NCBI GenBank assembly: GCA_048270185.1
Contig: JBLWTJ010000002.1
Coordinates: 192,001 to 256,000 of the forward strand
Direction of reading: 5' to 3'
DNA: 64,000 nt
Origin: Bacteriovoracaceae bacterium
GTDB taxonomy: Bacteria > Bdellovibrionota > Bacteriovoracia > Bacteriovoracales > Bacteriovoracaceae
Part shown: positions 9,534 to 20,358 of the stretch, piece by piece
How positions within the stretch are numbered: position 1 is the first letter of the stretch
How the letters are laid out: each line of letters starts with the position of its first letter
Translations under genes and position numbers: made by a program
The notes under the pieces: model-generated
Databases searched by the model: none
What the model was told of the DNA's origin: nothing
What the model saw: only the letters and a program-made list of their open reading frames with translations

Positions 9534-11645
9534 ATGGATTTGAAAAATCTTTCTTAAAAAAAGAAACTCATTATCGGATTTTTGTCAGCAGGGTTAATTC
9601 CATCATTGGTAATTACCGCCGTCGTCATCGGACAAGTAACAAGTGCACTGCAAACTGAAGCCGAAGAAAAACTTCTAGCGGTAAGAGAAGCTAAAGGATT
9701 TCAATTAGAAGAGTTATATGCAACGATGTCTGGTCAAGTATCTTCACTTGCACAAAATAATTCGACATTAGAAGCTTCTAAAAGTTTCATATCGGCTTTC
9801 ACTTCATATGAGTATGAGAGTAAAAAGGATATTAATCTAGCAAAATCCACTCTTACGAGTTTTTATGAAAATGGATTCGGAAAAAAGTTTAATGAAGAAA
9901 ATATTGGACAAAGATTTGATCGTGCAAGTGATCTTGTAAGCTCACTTAATAAGAATAAACTACTGCTTCAAGATGCTTTTATTAGTAGTAATTCAAAACC
10001 ACTAGGAGCAAAAGATCAACTCTACGGCCTAGATGATCAATCAACATATTCAAATGTACACAAAAAGTATCATCCCTCTTTTCAAACTTACCTAAATAAA
10101 TTTGGCTATTATGATATTTTTATAGCCGATGCAAAGTCAGGAGATATTATCTACTCAGTTTTTAAAGAAATTGATTTTGCTACAAATTTGAGAAATGGAA
10201 TGTTTGCAGGATCTGGAATTGGGGAAGTATATAAAAGAGCAATTAACGCAAAATCAAAAGATGACTTCTTTGGCATTATGACAAAGCTAGGAGTCAGGAC
10301 AGAACAAATAAACTACATGAAGTCCAAGAAAACATCGGCCCTTGCTGTAGAAATTAATTCAAAAGGAGCAAATGCCACAATTCAAGGTAAAACAGGGTTT
10401 GATATTTTTCCAGATTATCGTGATGTCACTGTTCTAAGTGCTTATCGTCCACTTAAGATTGAGGGCCGAGATTGGTATATTCTTAGTGAAATGGATGAAA
10501 GCGAGGCACTGTCATCTCTCTATACGGTTGAAAAATTAATCTTCACTCTAATTGTAATTTCTAGTATTGCTATTTTCGCTCTTGCTCTAGTATTTGCAAG
10601 GAGAATTGCATCAACTCTCGTTAGACTTGCAGATAACTTAATGGATGGATCAAAGAATGTTCTAGAATCAGCTAATGCACTCTCTCATAGTTCGACGAGC
10701 TTATCTGCGGCCACAGAAGAACAAGCGGCCAGTTTACAAGAAACCTCAGCATCTATCACTGAGATTTCTGCCATGATTGAGAAGAATTCACAAAACTCAG
10801 ACTCAACGAAGTCTCTTTCAGAAGAAAGTAAGGCCAAAGCTGAAGAAGGTAAACGATACGTTAGTAGCGTGAAGTCTAAAATCGAAAATATTCATAAAAA
10901 TAATGATGACCTCGTTAAGAATGTTGAAGAAAGTAACACTGAGATTGAAAACGTGACGAAGATTATCGAAGAGATCTCGGAGAAGACTAGAGTTATTAAC
11001 GATATTGTCTTCCAAACTAAACTACTCTCTTTTAATGCATCAGTAGAAGCTGCACGAGCAGGAGAACATGGAAAAGGTTTTGCCGTTGTAGCAGAGGAGA
11101 TCGGAGGTCTTGCATCAATGAGTGGTAAAGCAGCTCAAGAGATTACAGATATTCTTGGTCAAAGTATTTCACAAGTTCATGCTACGGTAGAAAACTCTAA
11201 GTCAAAAATGGCAAATTCGATTGAAGTGGGTAAGAAATCTGTTGAAGAGAGTTTGAATGAAATAAAAGTTTGTGATCAAGTTCTGTCTGAAATATTAGAG
11301 AGTTTTACAAAAGTTGACCAATCAGTTGAAGAAATTGCGGCTTCATCCTCAGAGCAATCTGCAGGAGTCAATGAGATTACAACGGCCATCCAGCAGCTTG
11401 ATACTGTAACTCAGCAGAACACAACTATCGCCCATACATCATCATCAAAAGCAAATGAACTAAAGACACAATCAAATATGCTTTCACAAATTGAAGAGGA
11501 TATTCAAATGATCGTATTTGGGCAAAAGCAATCAGTAAGTCCAAGAACTAAGTCTCAAGCGCAAGCACCACTGAAGCAAAAGCTCGCGCTAGTAAATGAT
11601 GATAGTATTCATCCTGAAGACTCACGTTTTAAAGAGGTGATCTAG
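9534..11645 (+). pseudogene. Methyl-accepting chemotaxis protein with premature stop near the N-terminus
   Basis: ATG 9534 in frame with ORF 9582..11645 but TAA at 9555-9557; MCP signalling motif [29 protein letters not shown]. Confidence 0.7.
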
Positions 11646-12076
11646 CTAGATAAATAATTAATTGTATTTGTTAAATCTGTCTTTTGCATGACACCACTTT
11701 GAGAATTTATTAGTTGATTATTTTTAAAGAATAAAGTGGTTGGAATACCGCGAATACCAAATTTAACAGAAATCATTGGGTGCTTTTCAGTATCAATCTT
11801 ATAGAATTCGGCCTTCTGCCATAACTCTTGGGCCACTTCACTAAAAAGTGGTCCATACATTTTACATGGGCCACACCAGTCAGCATATGCATCAACAACA
11901 ACGGGTAGCTGAGCATGAGAAATTATCTTTTCTAGCTTATCAAAACTAATACTTTGAACTTTTGCACTAGTATCTAAATCAATTGAGCACTTACCACAGA
12001 CAACGGCCTTATCTGAAAGTTTAGATACCTCGACTCGATTGATAGCACCACATGTACAGAGAATAATCTTTTTCAC
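11642..12076 (-). CDS. trxC: Thioredoxin 2-like (N-terminal zinc-finger-type Cys)
   Basis: [12 protein letters not shown] plus WCGPC, GIRGIPT. Confidence 0.8.
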   Translation of the reverse strand: MKKIILCTCGAINRVEVSKLSDKAVVCGKCSIDLDTSAKVQSISFDKLEKIISHAQLPVVVDAYADWCGPCKMYGPLFSEVAQELWQKAEFYKIDTEKHPMISVKFGIRGIPTTLFFKNNQLINSQSGVMQKTDLTNTINYLSS

Positions 12077-12444
12077 TTTGACTCCTTCTTCAGTAAACTA
12101 GCAACAGTTCCAATACCTCCACCATTGATTATATTCTTATAACCTAGTCTTAATAAATGTAATCTGGCCATGGCAGATCGAGAACCGGAAGCGCAGTAAA
12201 CAATAATCGATCTTTTCTTATCAATTAAGGGTAAACCTGCAACTAACTTACCTACTGGTATATTGATGGATTCTGGAATTGAATAATTTTCAAACTCAGC
12301 TTCACTCCTCACATCAACAAGTTGGTAACTCGTTGTTGCTAGAGCTTTTCTTAATAACTTCCTTCCACTTATAAAGCGAATTACACGCCAAATAATGAAG
12401 GTAGCAAGAATTATAAATGGTATATTATTCTTTATAATTTCCAT
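12073..12444 (-). CDS. Rhodanese-like domain protein, membrane-anchored
   Basis: LVDVRSEAEF, VYCASGSRS. Confidence 0.9.
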   Translation of the reverse strand: MEIIKNNIPFIILATFIIWRVIRFISGRKLLRKALATTSYQLVDVRSEAEFENYSIPESINIPVGKLVAGLPLIDKKRSIIVYCASGSRSAMARLHLLRLGYKNIINGGGIGTVASLLKKESK

Positions 12445-12535
12445 ACCCTATTACTTTAGTGACATATTTTATATAAATCTTTGATGGGGATCAAACTTTA
12501 GTAAATATATTTATATAAAAAAGAGCCAAACAGAA

Positions 12536-13507
12536 TCAAAGAGAGTTAGTTAAGTCTTTGTTTTCAAAGTACTCTAAAAGATTTAATACCGTCGTCTCTC
12601 CAATCGAGTTTAAAGCCTCTCGAGTAAAGAAACCTTGATGGGAAGTAATCAAGACATTTGGGAAACTTAGAAGCCTGGCAAGATCATCATCTTGCATAAT
12701 AAAGTCAGAGTGATCCTCAAAGAAATAAAACTCCTCCTCTTCATAGACATCTAATCCTGCCGCACCAATCTTACCTGATTTTAGGCCATTAATTAGGGCC
12801 TTTGAATCCACAAGTCCACCGCGACTTGTATTTATTAAGAAGACTCCTTCTTTCATTTTAGAAATGGCCTTCTCATCAATGATATGATGTGTTTCCTTAT
12901 TAAGTGGTATATGAAGAGAAATAATATCGCTATCTTTTAGAATTTTATCGAGAGAAACGTAGTTAATGTCCTCATTTTCAATTTTGTCATAAGCAATAAC
13001 CTTACAGCCAAAACCATTCATGATATTTACAAATTTTTGACCAATCTTACCAGTTCCAATAACACCGACAGTCTTTCCATATAAATCAAACCCCATTAGG
13101 CCATCGAGGCGAAAATTCCCTTCCCTAACACGATTGTGGGCGCGGTGTATTTTTCGATTTAAAGTTTGAAGAAGTGCAACAGAGTGTTCAGCAATGGCAT
13201 AAGGAGAATACTCAGGAACACGTACGACACTAATACCAAGCTCTTTTGCCGCTTTTATGTCCACATTATTAAACCCAGCACACCTAAGCGCAACAATTCC
13301 GATACCATATTCTTTTATTGTTTCTAAAACTTCACGACAAACTTTATCATTAGTAAAAACACAGATTGCATCATGCCCATAGGCCAGACCTATTGTTTTT
13401 ACACTAAGTCTTGTTTCAAAGAAACTAAAGTTCAAATTGTTCTTTGAACCTAATTGAGTAAATAGCTTTTTTTCAAATTCGTGGGCATCGAAGAATGCAA
13501 TTTTCAT
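12536..13507 (-). CDS. ldhA: D-lactate dehydrogenase (2-hydroxyacid dehydrogenase)
   Basis: LRCAGFNNVD, RVPEYSPYAIAEH, GTGKIG, INTSRG, ITSHQGF. Confidence 0.9.
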   Translation of the reverse strand: MKIAFFDAHEFEKKLFTQLGSKNNLNFSFFETRLSVKTIGLAYGHDAICVFTNDKVCREVLETIKEYGIGIVALRCAGFNNVDIKAAKELGISVVRVPEYSPYAIAEHSVALLQTLNRKIHRAHNRVREGNFRLDGLMGFDLYGKTVGVIGTGKIGQKFVNIMNGFGCKVIAYDKIENEDINYVSLDKILKDSDIISLHIPLNKETHHIIDEKAISKMKEGVFLINTSRGGLVDSKALINGLKSGKIGAAGLDVYEEEEFYFFEDHSDFIMQDDDLARLLSFPNVLITSHQGFFTREALNSIGETTVLNLLEYFENKDLTNSL

Positions 13508-13524
13508 TAGTCATTTCCTATTAA

Positions 13525-14787
13525 TTAATGAAAGACGATATAAAGACAAGCAACAAAAGAGAGCAAGCACTCTGTGATACTTAAATCTTTAATCCTTCCA
13601 GATAAAATATATAAAGTTGTATGAACAAGTAATCCCCACATTATTCCTGAAGTTATTGAGAAAGTTAGTGGAATTAAGATAATACACATAAATGCGGGGA
13701 TCATCTCTTCAAATTTTTCAAAGTTAATCAATGTAATATTTTTAAACATTAATATACCCACAAAAATTAAAACAGGAGCAGTTGCATAGCCAGGGATTGA
13801 TTGTGCAAATGGAGATAAGAATAGAAATGGCAAGAAGCATAAAGCTGTTACAACTGAAGTAAGCCCAGTTCTTCCTCCGACACTGACTCCAGCAGAACTC
13901 TCAACGAATGTTGTCGTTGTTGAGGTTCCCAAAAAAGCTGAGAACAAAGTTGCAAATGCATCAACAGTTAAGGCCTGTTTCATATTCTTTATCTCACCTT
14001 TTTCATTCTTTAAGTTTGCTGTTTCTGCTACTCCGATAAAAGTTGAAAGAGAATCAAATAAGTCAGTCATCATAAGGGTGAGGATACTTGGTATATAAGC
14101 GATTTTTAAGGCACCGATGATATCTGCTTGCATGATATAACTAAAATCTGGGCTTGAAAAAAAACTGGTTGGCATTGAGGACTTGCCAAAAAAGGCTCCA
14201 AAAATCCACGTAAAAAAGATTCCAATCAATAAGCTTCCGGGAATGTTTTTGTTAAAGAGAATAACTGTTAATAAGAGTCCCACAAGTACAGCTACGCCTT
14301 CGATAGATAAAGGTGCTGATTGAACCAAAGTAACCGGATGATCGATAATTATTCCAGTATTCTTTAAGCCGATAAAAGCGAGAAATAAACCAATCCCTAC
14401 GGCCATGGCCATACGTAGATTCTTAGGAATCGATTTTACTAATTTTTCTCTAAAAGGAGTCACGGATAATAAAACAAAGACCACACCAGACCAAAATACT
14501 AAACCGAGGGCCTGTTGCCATGGTATTTTCTGATCTAAAATTAAGGTGTATGTAAAAAAAGCATTAAGTCCCATTCCTGGAGCTAAGGCAAATGGAAGTT
14601 TAGCGACAAGCCCCATTAAGAGTGTTGCAAGAAAACTTGCAAGTATCGTTCCTGTCATAACGCCCGAAAAAGACATTCCTGTACCGTCAGATGAAAGAAT
14701 GAGTGGATTAACAAAGATAATATAACTCATTGTCAGGAAGGTCGTAATACCGGCCAGTACTTCAGTGCGTGTACTTGTTCTTTCCAT
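13525..14787 (-). CDS. NCS2/AzgA-family purine permease
   Basis: TTFLTMSYIIFVNP, LAPGMGLNAFF, ESSAGV..GGRTGL; GGAG before ATG 14787. Confidence 0.9.
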   Translation of the reverse strand: MERTSTRTEVLAGITTFLTMSYIIFVNPLILSSDGTGMSFSGVMTGTILASFLATLLMGLVAKLPFALAPGMGLNAFFTYTLILDQKIPWQQALGLVFWSGVVFVLLSVTPFREKLVKSIPKNLRMAMAVGIGLFLAFIGLKNTGIIIDHPVTLVQSAPLSIEGVAVLVGLLLTVILFNKNIPGSLLIGIFFTWIFGAFFGKSSMPTSFFSSPDFSYIMQADIIGALKIAYIPSILTLMMTDLFDSLSTFIGVAETANLKNEKGEIKNMKQALTVDAFATLFSAFLGTSTTTTFVESSAGVSVGGRTGLTSVVTALCFLPFLFLSPFAQSIPGYATAPVLIFVGILMFKNITLINFEKFEEMIPAFMCIILIPLTFSITSGIMWGLLVHTTLYILSGRIKDLSITECLLSFVACLYIVFH

Positions 14788-15063
14788 CAAAATCTCCAAG
14801 AAGGTAATTCTGGATTATTTTATCATTCTAAACAAAAAACTACCATGCTCTATTAGAGATACAGTAACATAGTAAAATAAGTGAAAGTCGACTCACGGCC
14901 CACGGTCCTCCATCTTACTTTGAATTTCGAAGGTTATAACAGGTTCATCCTGCAATAAAAAATATATTAATAAAATGATAATAATCTAATTATTTAAGAA
15001 AAGTTTAACCTTTTACATTATGAATTACGTTACAATAAAAGCGTTAACAAACTGGAGTTAATC

Positions 15064-15258
15064 ATGAGTCAAAACGAAGGCGGCCTTGATCGCACCCTTA
15101 GAATCATCCTCGGAATTGGTCTCTTAATGCTGGCCTTTATTGGTCCAAAGACGGCCTGGGGCTATATTGGAATAATTCCTATTATCACAGGCCTCATGGG
15201 TTGGTGTCCACTCTACTCTATTCTTGGAATGAACACCTGCTCGACAAAGAAGCTTTAA
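15064..15258 (+). CDS. DUF2892 (YgaP-like) small membrane protein
   Basis: N.G.LDR.LR, GWCPLYSILG.NTC. Confidence 0.9.
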   Translation: MSQNEGGLDRTLRIILGIGLLMLAFIGPKTAWGYIGIIPIITGLMGWCPLYSILGMNTCSTKKL

Positions 15259-15261
15259 GAA

Positions 15262-15786
15262 TTAAGACTCAAAGTTGATATTAACTTCAACCTTTGTTCC
15301 GTCTTTGCTTTCAAGATGAATGTAGACCTCATCTTCCCCCACTTTCTTACCTTCAACTTTTAATTTTTTATCTTCTTTTTTCTTAAGAGCTGAAACCAGT
15401 GAGATAATTTTTGAATCAAAATTATTTTCAATAACAACGTGATCTTCGTTTACTTCAAGGACAAGGTCTTTTTTGACTTTAATAAGATTGGCCTTGCCAT
15501 CAACAAGGATCTTTCCATTATCAACATTGACCATTTCAGAATCGCCATCAACTTTAACGATATCGCCAACCTTAACCGAGTTATTCTTTCCATCAACCGC
15601 AACAAGATCACCTAGGATATTAACTTTCTGATCTTTTTCGTTGATTTTAATTGCACCCCAAAAAAGAGAAAGGTTTGTTTTCCCATTCTCATCTTTGTCA
15701 TAGCTAAACGATGTATATGTAACAACACCAAGTAGAACAATTACAACTAATGCAATAATACCAACAGTACTTAGAAAGCTTCCCAT
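15262..15786 (-). CDS. Membrane-anchored hypothetical protein with beta-hairpin repeats
   Basis: N-terminal TM; repeated V.VDG...V.V units. Confidence 0.6.
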   Translation of the reverse strand: MGSFLSTVGIIALVVIVLLGVVTYTSFSYDKDENGKTNLSLFWGAIKINEKDQKVNILGDLVAVDGKNNSVKVGDIVKVDGDSEMVNVDNGKILVDGKANLIKVKKDLVLEVNEDHVVIENNFDSKIISLVSALKKKEDKKLKVEGKKVGEDEVYIHLESKDGTKVEVNINFES

Positions 15787-15894
15787 AACCTATCCTTATA
15801 AATGATTAAATTACCGATTTTTAACAATAAAAGGACTCAATTAAAATAGTTTTGAATGGAGGTTGTATTAATTACTTATAGTAAGGCCACTTCA

Positions 15895-16626
15895 CTACAG
15901 AAGTGGCTTAAGTTTTACTTGTTCAAGAACTTCATCAATCACTTTCTGGATGCCATCCTGATTGACACTACCATAACGGCTATAATCTTTTGGCGTTAGG
16001 ACGTGATTGAAACTAAGCTTTGTATCCTTAGTCTTTGTCTCAATACTTTCAAATGACATTTTCTTAACCGCGAAATTAAATGTCACATCCATATCTTCTT
16101 CAACCATTTTAAACTGAAGACTCATCTTTTGAATACTAGTCCAATCTTTTGATGATGGTGGAACGACGGCCGCTTCAATGAAGCCTTTCTTATTTTTAAA
16201 GTTCTTAAGCTTAAAGCGATAGAATTGCTCAAAGACTTCCACAAAGTCAGTAATGACTTTCTTTGGTAAAATATTTAGCTGCATCAAACCACCACCAAAT
16301 GGATCACTTGCATCACCACAGATAATGTAGAGACTTCCCGTTGATTCTGTAATTTGGCAGTCTTGTGCTAATTTGAAATCAAAATCAACTTGATCACCAC
16401 TTGCGTAATCGACACTTTCAAGAACAGTGATCCCCGACTCATCCTTGACCTTTACTTTCTTGGCAGCACAGAAACATAGTTGAACTTTGATATTGGATAG
16501 ATCAACTGAATCACCGCTGTGATTGACAATATTTAATTGGCCCTTCACATGATCACCTTGTGACCAAGTTTCGCCGTCAATATTTAAATTAAATTCTAGT
16601 GGTTTAAAAAAAAATGTAGCTTTCAT
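15895..16626 (-). CDS. Hypothetical protein, Spo0M/arrestin-like
   Basis: N-terminal W.QGD.V.G.L.I pattern; no other motif. Confidence 0.4.
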   Translation of the reverse strand: MKATFFFKPLEFNLNIDGETWSQGDHVKGQLNIVNHSGDSVDLSNIKVQLCFCAAKKVKVKDESGITVLESVDYASGDQVDFDFKLAQDCQITESTGSLYIICGDASDPFGGGLMQLNILPKKVITDFVEVFEQFYRFKLKNFKNKKGFIEAAVVPPSSKDWTSIQKMSLQFKMVEEDMDVTFNFAVKKMSFESIETKTKDTKLSFNHVLTPKDYSRYGSVNQDGIQKVIDEVLEQVKLKPLL

Positions 16627-16664
16627 GCCCTACACTTTAATTGATTTTTAAAGATGTGGAAAGC

Positions 16665-17513
16665 TTAGTAACCGTACTCTTTTAATAAATTCTTAATGAA
16701 GCCAGTCTTAAGGGCAAACTCAAGAGGGTGTTTCTCATCAAGCGACAGTGATCGCCCACAACCTTCATTAGCATAATCAGGAAAATTCTTCGTTCCACCA
16801 AGTAGGATTCCTTCTAACTCTCCATCATTATTAACAATAGCACTCCCCTTTGTTTCACCTGAAATATCACTTGAGACAAGAAAGTGACGATCACTAAAAT
16901 TTTCAGCGAAAGCATTTGGTGCAATCTTCATAGGCATCCCACGCTGATGGCCGATGGCCGTAAGCTCAGGACCTACGAGGTTTGAGTTATCACTAATCTC
17001 AATAGGCTCTCTATCTTTAACCACCTTATTAAGACGAATAAGCATATAACTTAAAGACTCAGATGGATCGTGGACATGCTTTAAAATCTCTTTACACTTA
17101 TAGTAACCACGAGAGCGCCACTTTTCATTAATTACACCAGGTGTATCCACATGGTAATCAAACATCCAATAGTAGAGGTCATTATTACAATAGTGTTGAG
17201 TTAAGCAGCTTCCCATTGTGAGAAGAATATCTGGAGCGACGAGAACTCCGGAACAATTACTTCGAGTTGTTGGCTGATCAGAGAATCTTTCATCAGAGCA
17301 AACACCTCTTTCTCCAAGAGGATAGTTGAGCATTTTCCAAAAGCGTGCAAAAGTAATTCCTCGAAGCCAAGGTCTATCGACCTGGTAAGCAACAGCACTT
17401 GCAGCTTGCTTTACTTTTTCATTTTGAATTTGATGGTATTCGATACGATCATCACTTCCGTAATGAGCTAGAGTTGATAAAGAAATCAGAAGTAGTGCCG
17501 TTAATTTTATCAT
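16665..17513 (-). CDS. Secreted trypsin-like protein with degenerate catalytic triad
   Basis: YGSDDR, CSGVLVAPDILLTMGSC, SYMLIRL, GETKGSAI. Confidence 0.75.
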   Translation of the reverse strand: MIKLTALLLISLSTLAHYGSDDRIEYHQIQNEKVKQAASAVAYQVDRPWLRGITFARFWKMLNYPLGERGVCSDERFSDQPTTRSNCSGVLVAPDILLTMGSCLTQHYCNNDLYYWMFDYHVDTPGVINEKWRSRGYYKCKEILKHVHDPSESLSYMLIRLNKVVKDREPIEISDNSNLVGPELTAIGHQRGMPMKIAPNAFAENFSDRHFLVSSDISGETKGSAIVNNDGELEGILLGGTKNFPDYANEGCGRSLSLDEKHPLEFALKTGFIKNLLKEYGY

Positions 17514-17661
17514 TTTTAAATGTTAGCGAACTAAATATGGGTTGTGTAGTAATAATCAGCGCATGCGCGCAGCGCCAATTTTGACACTTTTCAAGACTCC
17601 CCTTTAACTTACATTCCTACGTGCTACAATCAGCTATTGGTGTATAAATTAGGGAGTATAC

Positions 17662-19146
17662 ATGAGTATTCGAGTACCTTTTCCGGAACAAGGAAAAGAT
17701 CCACAAGTTATTTTAAATAGTTTAAATGATCTAAAAAGAGAAGATTTCAAATGGAACTTAGGAAAAGTCTTTTGCCTTACCTACCCAGTTGATGACTCTC
17801 ACCATGACTTTTTAAAAGAGTCTTATGGAAGCTTCATTAGTGAAAACTTTTTAAATCCAATGGCCTTTGAATCTTTGAAGAAAATGGAAAGAGATGTTGT
17901 TCGTATGACAATTGATCTTCTAAATGGAGATGACAAGTGCGTTGGAACAATGACTAGTGGTGGAACGGAAAGTATTCTCATGGCCGTTAAGGCCGCAAGA
18001 GAGATGGCACGAAAGAAGAGGCCATGGATAAGAACTCCAAATATTGTTTGCGCAAAGTCTGCTCACGTCGCATTCGAAAAAGCCTGTAAGTACTTCGATG
18101 TAAAGTACGTGGCCGTTGATGTTGAAGATGACTTTAAAATGAATTTAAAGAAAATGAAGAAGGCCGTTAATCGCAATACGATTCTTATCGTTGGTTCGGC
18201 CCCTCAATATCCTCAAGGTGTGATTGATCCAATTGAAGAGATGGGACAATTCGCCCTTAAGAAGAAAATCCCATTTCATGTTGATGCTTGTGTTGGTGGT
18301 TTTATGCTGCCATGGCTTGAAAAACTTGGACATGATATTCCTGCGTTTGATTTTAGAGTACCTGGTGTAACTTCGATTTCTGCCGATGTTCACAAGTATG
18401 GTTTTGCGGCAAAGGGTGCATCTGTTGTTATGTATAAGAGTATGGACTATATGAAGCATCAATTCTTCATTAGTACAGACTGGACGGGAGGAGTATATGC
18501 CTCACCTAATATGCCAGGAACAAGGCCAGGTGGAGCGATTGCAGCAGCTTGGGCAACACTTAATAAATTCGGAAAAGAAGGATACTTAAGAGAGTTTGAA
18601 CGCACTATGAATGTCGTGGCCAAATTTATCGAAGGAATCTCAGCAATTGATGGACTTGAAATTTGTGGTAATCCAAAGTCGGCCATTGTTTCATTTCAAA
18701 GTACTGATGAAAATTTAAGCTGTTATGCTATTGCCGATCAAATGATTGAGCGTGGTTGGTTCTTTGATAAAATGCAAGAACCTCAGGCCATTCACTTAAC
18801 AATTATGCCAATTCATGACCTTACTGTTGATGATTTTATTTCAGACTTACAAGAATGTGTTGAAGTTGTTCGCGCTAATCCTGAACTTGCAAAGCAAGGA
18901 GATGCGGCCATGTATGGAATGATGGCCAAGGTTCCAATGAGAGGTCTAGTGAAAAAGACAGTTGGAACAGTGATGGAGGCCATGTGGGGACCAGAAGGAA
19001 AACTTCCAGACCTTGCCAATACTGGTAAGGGTGAAGATGCCTCACCTCTTATGAAGCTTGTGGATAAGTATGGTGATACGGCCATGGATGCCCTTGAGAA
19101 AGCAGAAAAGTTTAAAAAGAATTTAAAGAGTGTCTTTACGAAATGA
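17662..19146 (+). CDS. PLP-dependent decarboxylase/lyase, sphingosine-1-phosphate lyase-like
   Basis: TSGGTESI, AHVAFEKA, HVDACVGGF, SISADVHKYGFAAKG, W.GG.YASP...GTRPG. Confidence 0.85.
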   Translation: MSIRVPFPEQGKDPQVILNSLNDLKREDFKWNLGKVFCLTYPVDDSHHDFLKESYGSFISENFLNPMAFESLKKMERDVVRMTIDLLNGDDKCVGTMTSGGTESILMAVKAAREMARKKRPWIRTPNIVCAKSAHVAFEKACKYFDVKYVAVDVEDDFKMNLKKMKKAVNRNTILIVGSAPQYPQGVIDPIEEMGQFALKKKIPFHVDACVGGFMLPWLEKLGHDIPAFDFRVPGVTSISADVHKYGFAAKGASVVMYKSMDYMKHQFFISTDWTGGVYASPNMPGTRPGGAIAAAWATLNKFGKEGYLREFERTMNVVAKFIEGISAIDGLEICGNPKSAIVSFQSTDENLSCYAIADQMIERGWFFDKMQEPQAIHLTIMPIHDLTVDDFISDLQECVEVVRANPELAKQGDAAMYGMMAKVPMRGLVKKTVGTVMEAMWGPEGKLPDLANTGKGEDASPLMKLVDKYGDTAMDALEKAEKFKKNLKSVFTK

Positions 19147-20261
19147 CACCATTAACAGTCGCACTTCTTATTCTCTTTCCGGCTTTTGCTCTTTTCTTAG
19201 AAAAGCGTTTTGAGCTATGTAAGAAAATTGGGGCGATTGTTATCTGCTATGCCGTTGGAATATTTCTTGGAAATAGTGGTATTCCTCTAGGATCAAAAGC
19301 TGCTATCGAAGAAATTGTTAACGTCGTTATTCCAATAGCTATTCCTCTTTTTATTTTTCGCACAGACTTCATTGGGTGGCTTAAACAATCTCGCTCTACA
19401 GTTATTAGCTACACTGTTTGTATCACGATGGTTTCTGCAATCTGTATGTTTAGTGGTGTCTTCTTTTCAAGGTGGATTCCAGAAGCTTGGCAAGTTGCAG
19501 GAATGCTTGCTGGAGTCTACACAGGTGGAACCCCAAATCTAACGGCCATTGCACAAAGCCTTTCAACGCCAAGTGAGATTATCATTCTCACAAACTCAAT
19601 TGATATGGTTACTGGCTCTGTCTTTCTCTTCATTCTTTTGGCATTAGGACGTGAATTCCTAAAAAACTTTCTTCATGTTCTTCCAATTGAAGAAGAAAGC
19701 AATGAGAGTGTTGAAGAAAATCAATCATCAATTTTGAAAGGAGGAAGCTTAGGCCTTCTTCTTTCAATCGTAATTCTTGGTATTGCATTCGGACTAAGTC
19801 ATTTAATCTTTGGAACAGTGAGTGTTGGCTTTATTATTTTTATGATTTCTCTACTTAGTATTGGTCTAAGTTTCAAAGATAAAATTAGAAATCTTTCTGG
19901 CCCATACGAGTTTGGTCAATATCTTCTGATGATTTTCTGCTTTGGAATTGGTCTGATGTCAAATATGAATAACTTTTTAAAGCATAGCTCGGCACTGCTA
20001 GTAATGATAACGACAGTTATCACTCTTTCGATCATTCTTCATTTTATTTTAGCTAAACTCTTTAAAATTGATCGCGATACGGCCGTCATCACTTGCGTGG
20101 CCAGTATCTTTGGCCCGCCATTTGTACCTCTTATAGCTGATCGTTTTAAGAACCAGCAAATGATCATTCCGGGAATCACAACAGGGCTCGTTGGCTTTGC
20201 TATAGGTAATTTTCTAGGGCTATTAATCGCATACTCTGTTAAGTATCTTCAAAATCTATAA
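19143..20261 (+). CDS. DUF819 family membrane protein
   Basis: Multi-TM; GVYTGGTPNL and ASIFGPPFVP motifs; overlaps upstream stop. Confidence 0.8.
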   Translation: MTPLTVALLILFPAFALFLEKRFELCKKIGAIVICYAVGIFLGNSGIPLGSKAAIEEIVNVVIPIAIPLFIFRTDFIGWLKQSRSTVISYTVCITMVSAICMFSGVFFSRWIPEAWQVAGMLAGVYTGGTPNLTAIAQSLSTPSEIIILTNSIDMVTGSVFLFILLALGREFLKNFLHVLPIEEESNESVEENQSSILKGGSLGLLLSIVILGIAFGLSHLIFGTVSVGFIIFMISLLSIGLSFKDKIRNLSGPYEFGQYLLMIFCFGIGLMSNMNNFLKHSSALLVMITTVITLSIILHFILAKLFKIDRDTAVITCVASIFGPPFVPLIADRFKNQQMIIPGITTGLVGFAIGNFLGLLIAYSVKYLQNL

Positions 20262-20358
20262 TAAATTCAACTAGTTAAAACATTGATTAAGAAATGAGCA
20301 CTACTGTAATCTTTGCTCTTAAACTCCTTATTTTCTCGTAATTTGTTAAAGTGGGTTC

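Noticed and set aside
17559..17580. GC-rich patch GCGCATGCGCGCAGCGCC in intergenic DNA
   Set aside because: Single short occurrence, no clear structure or recurrence
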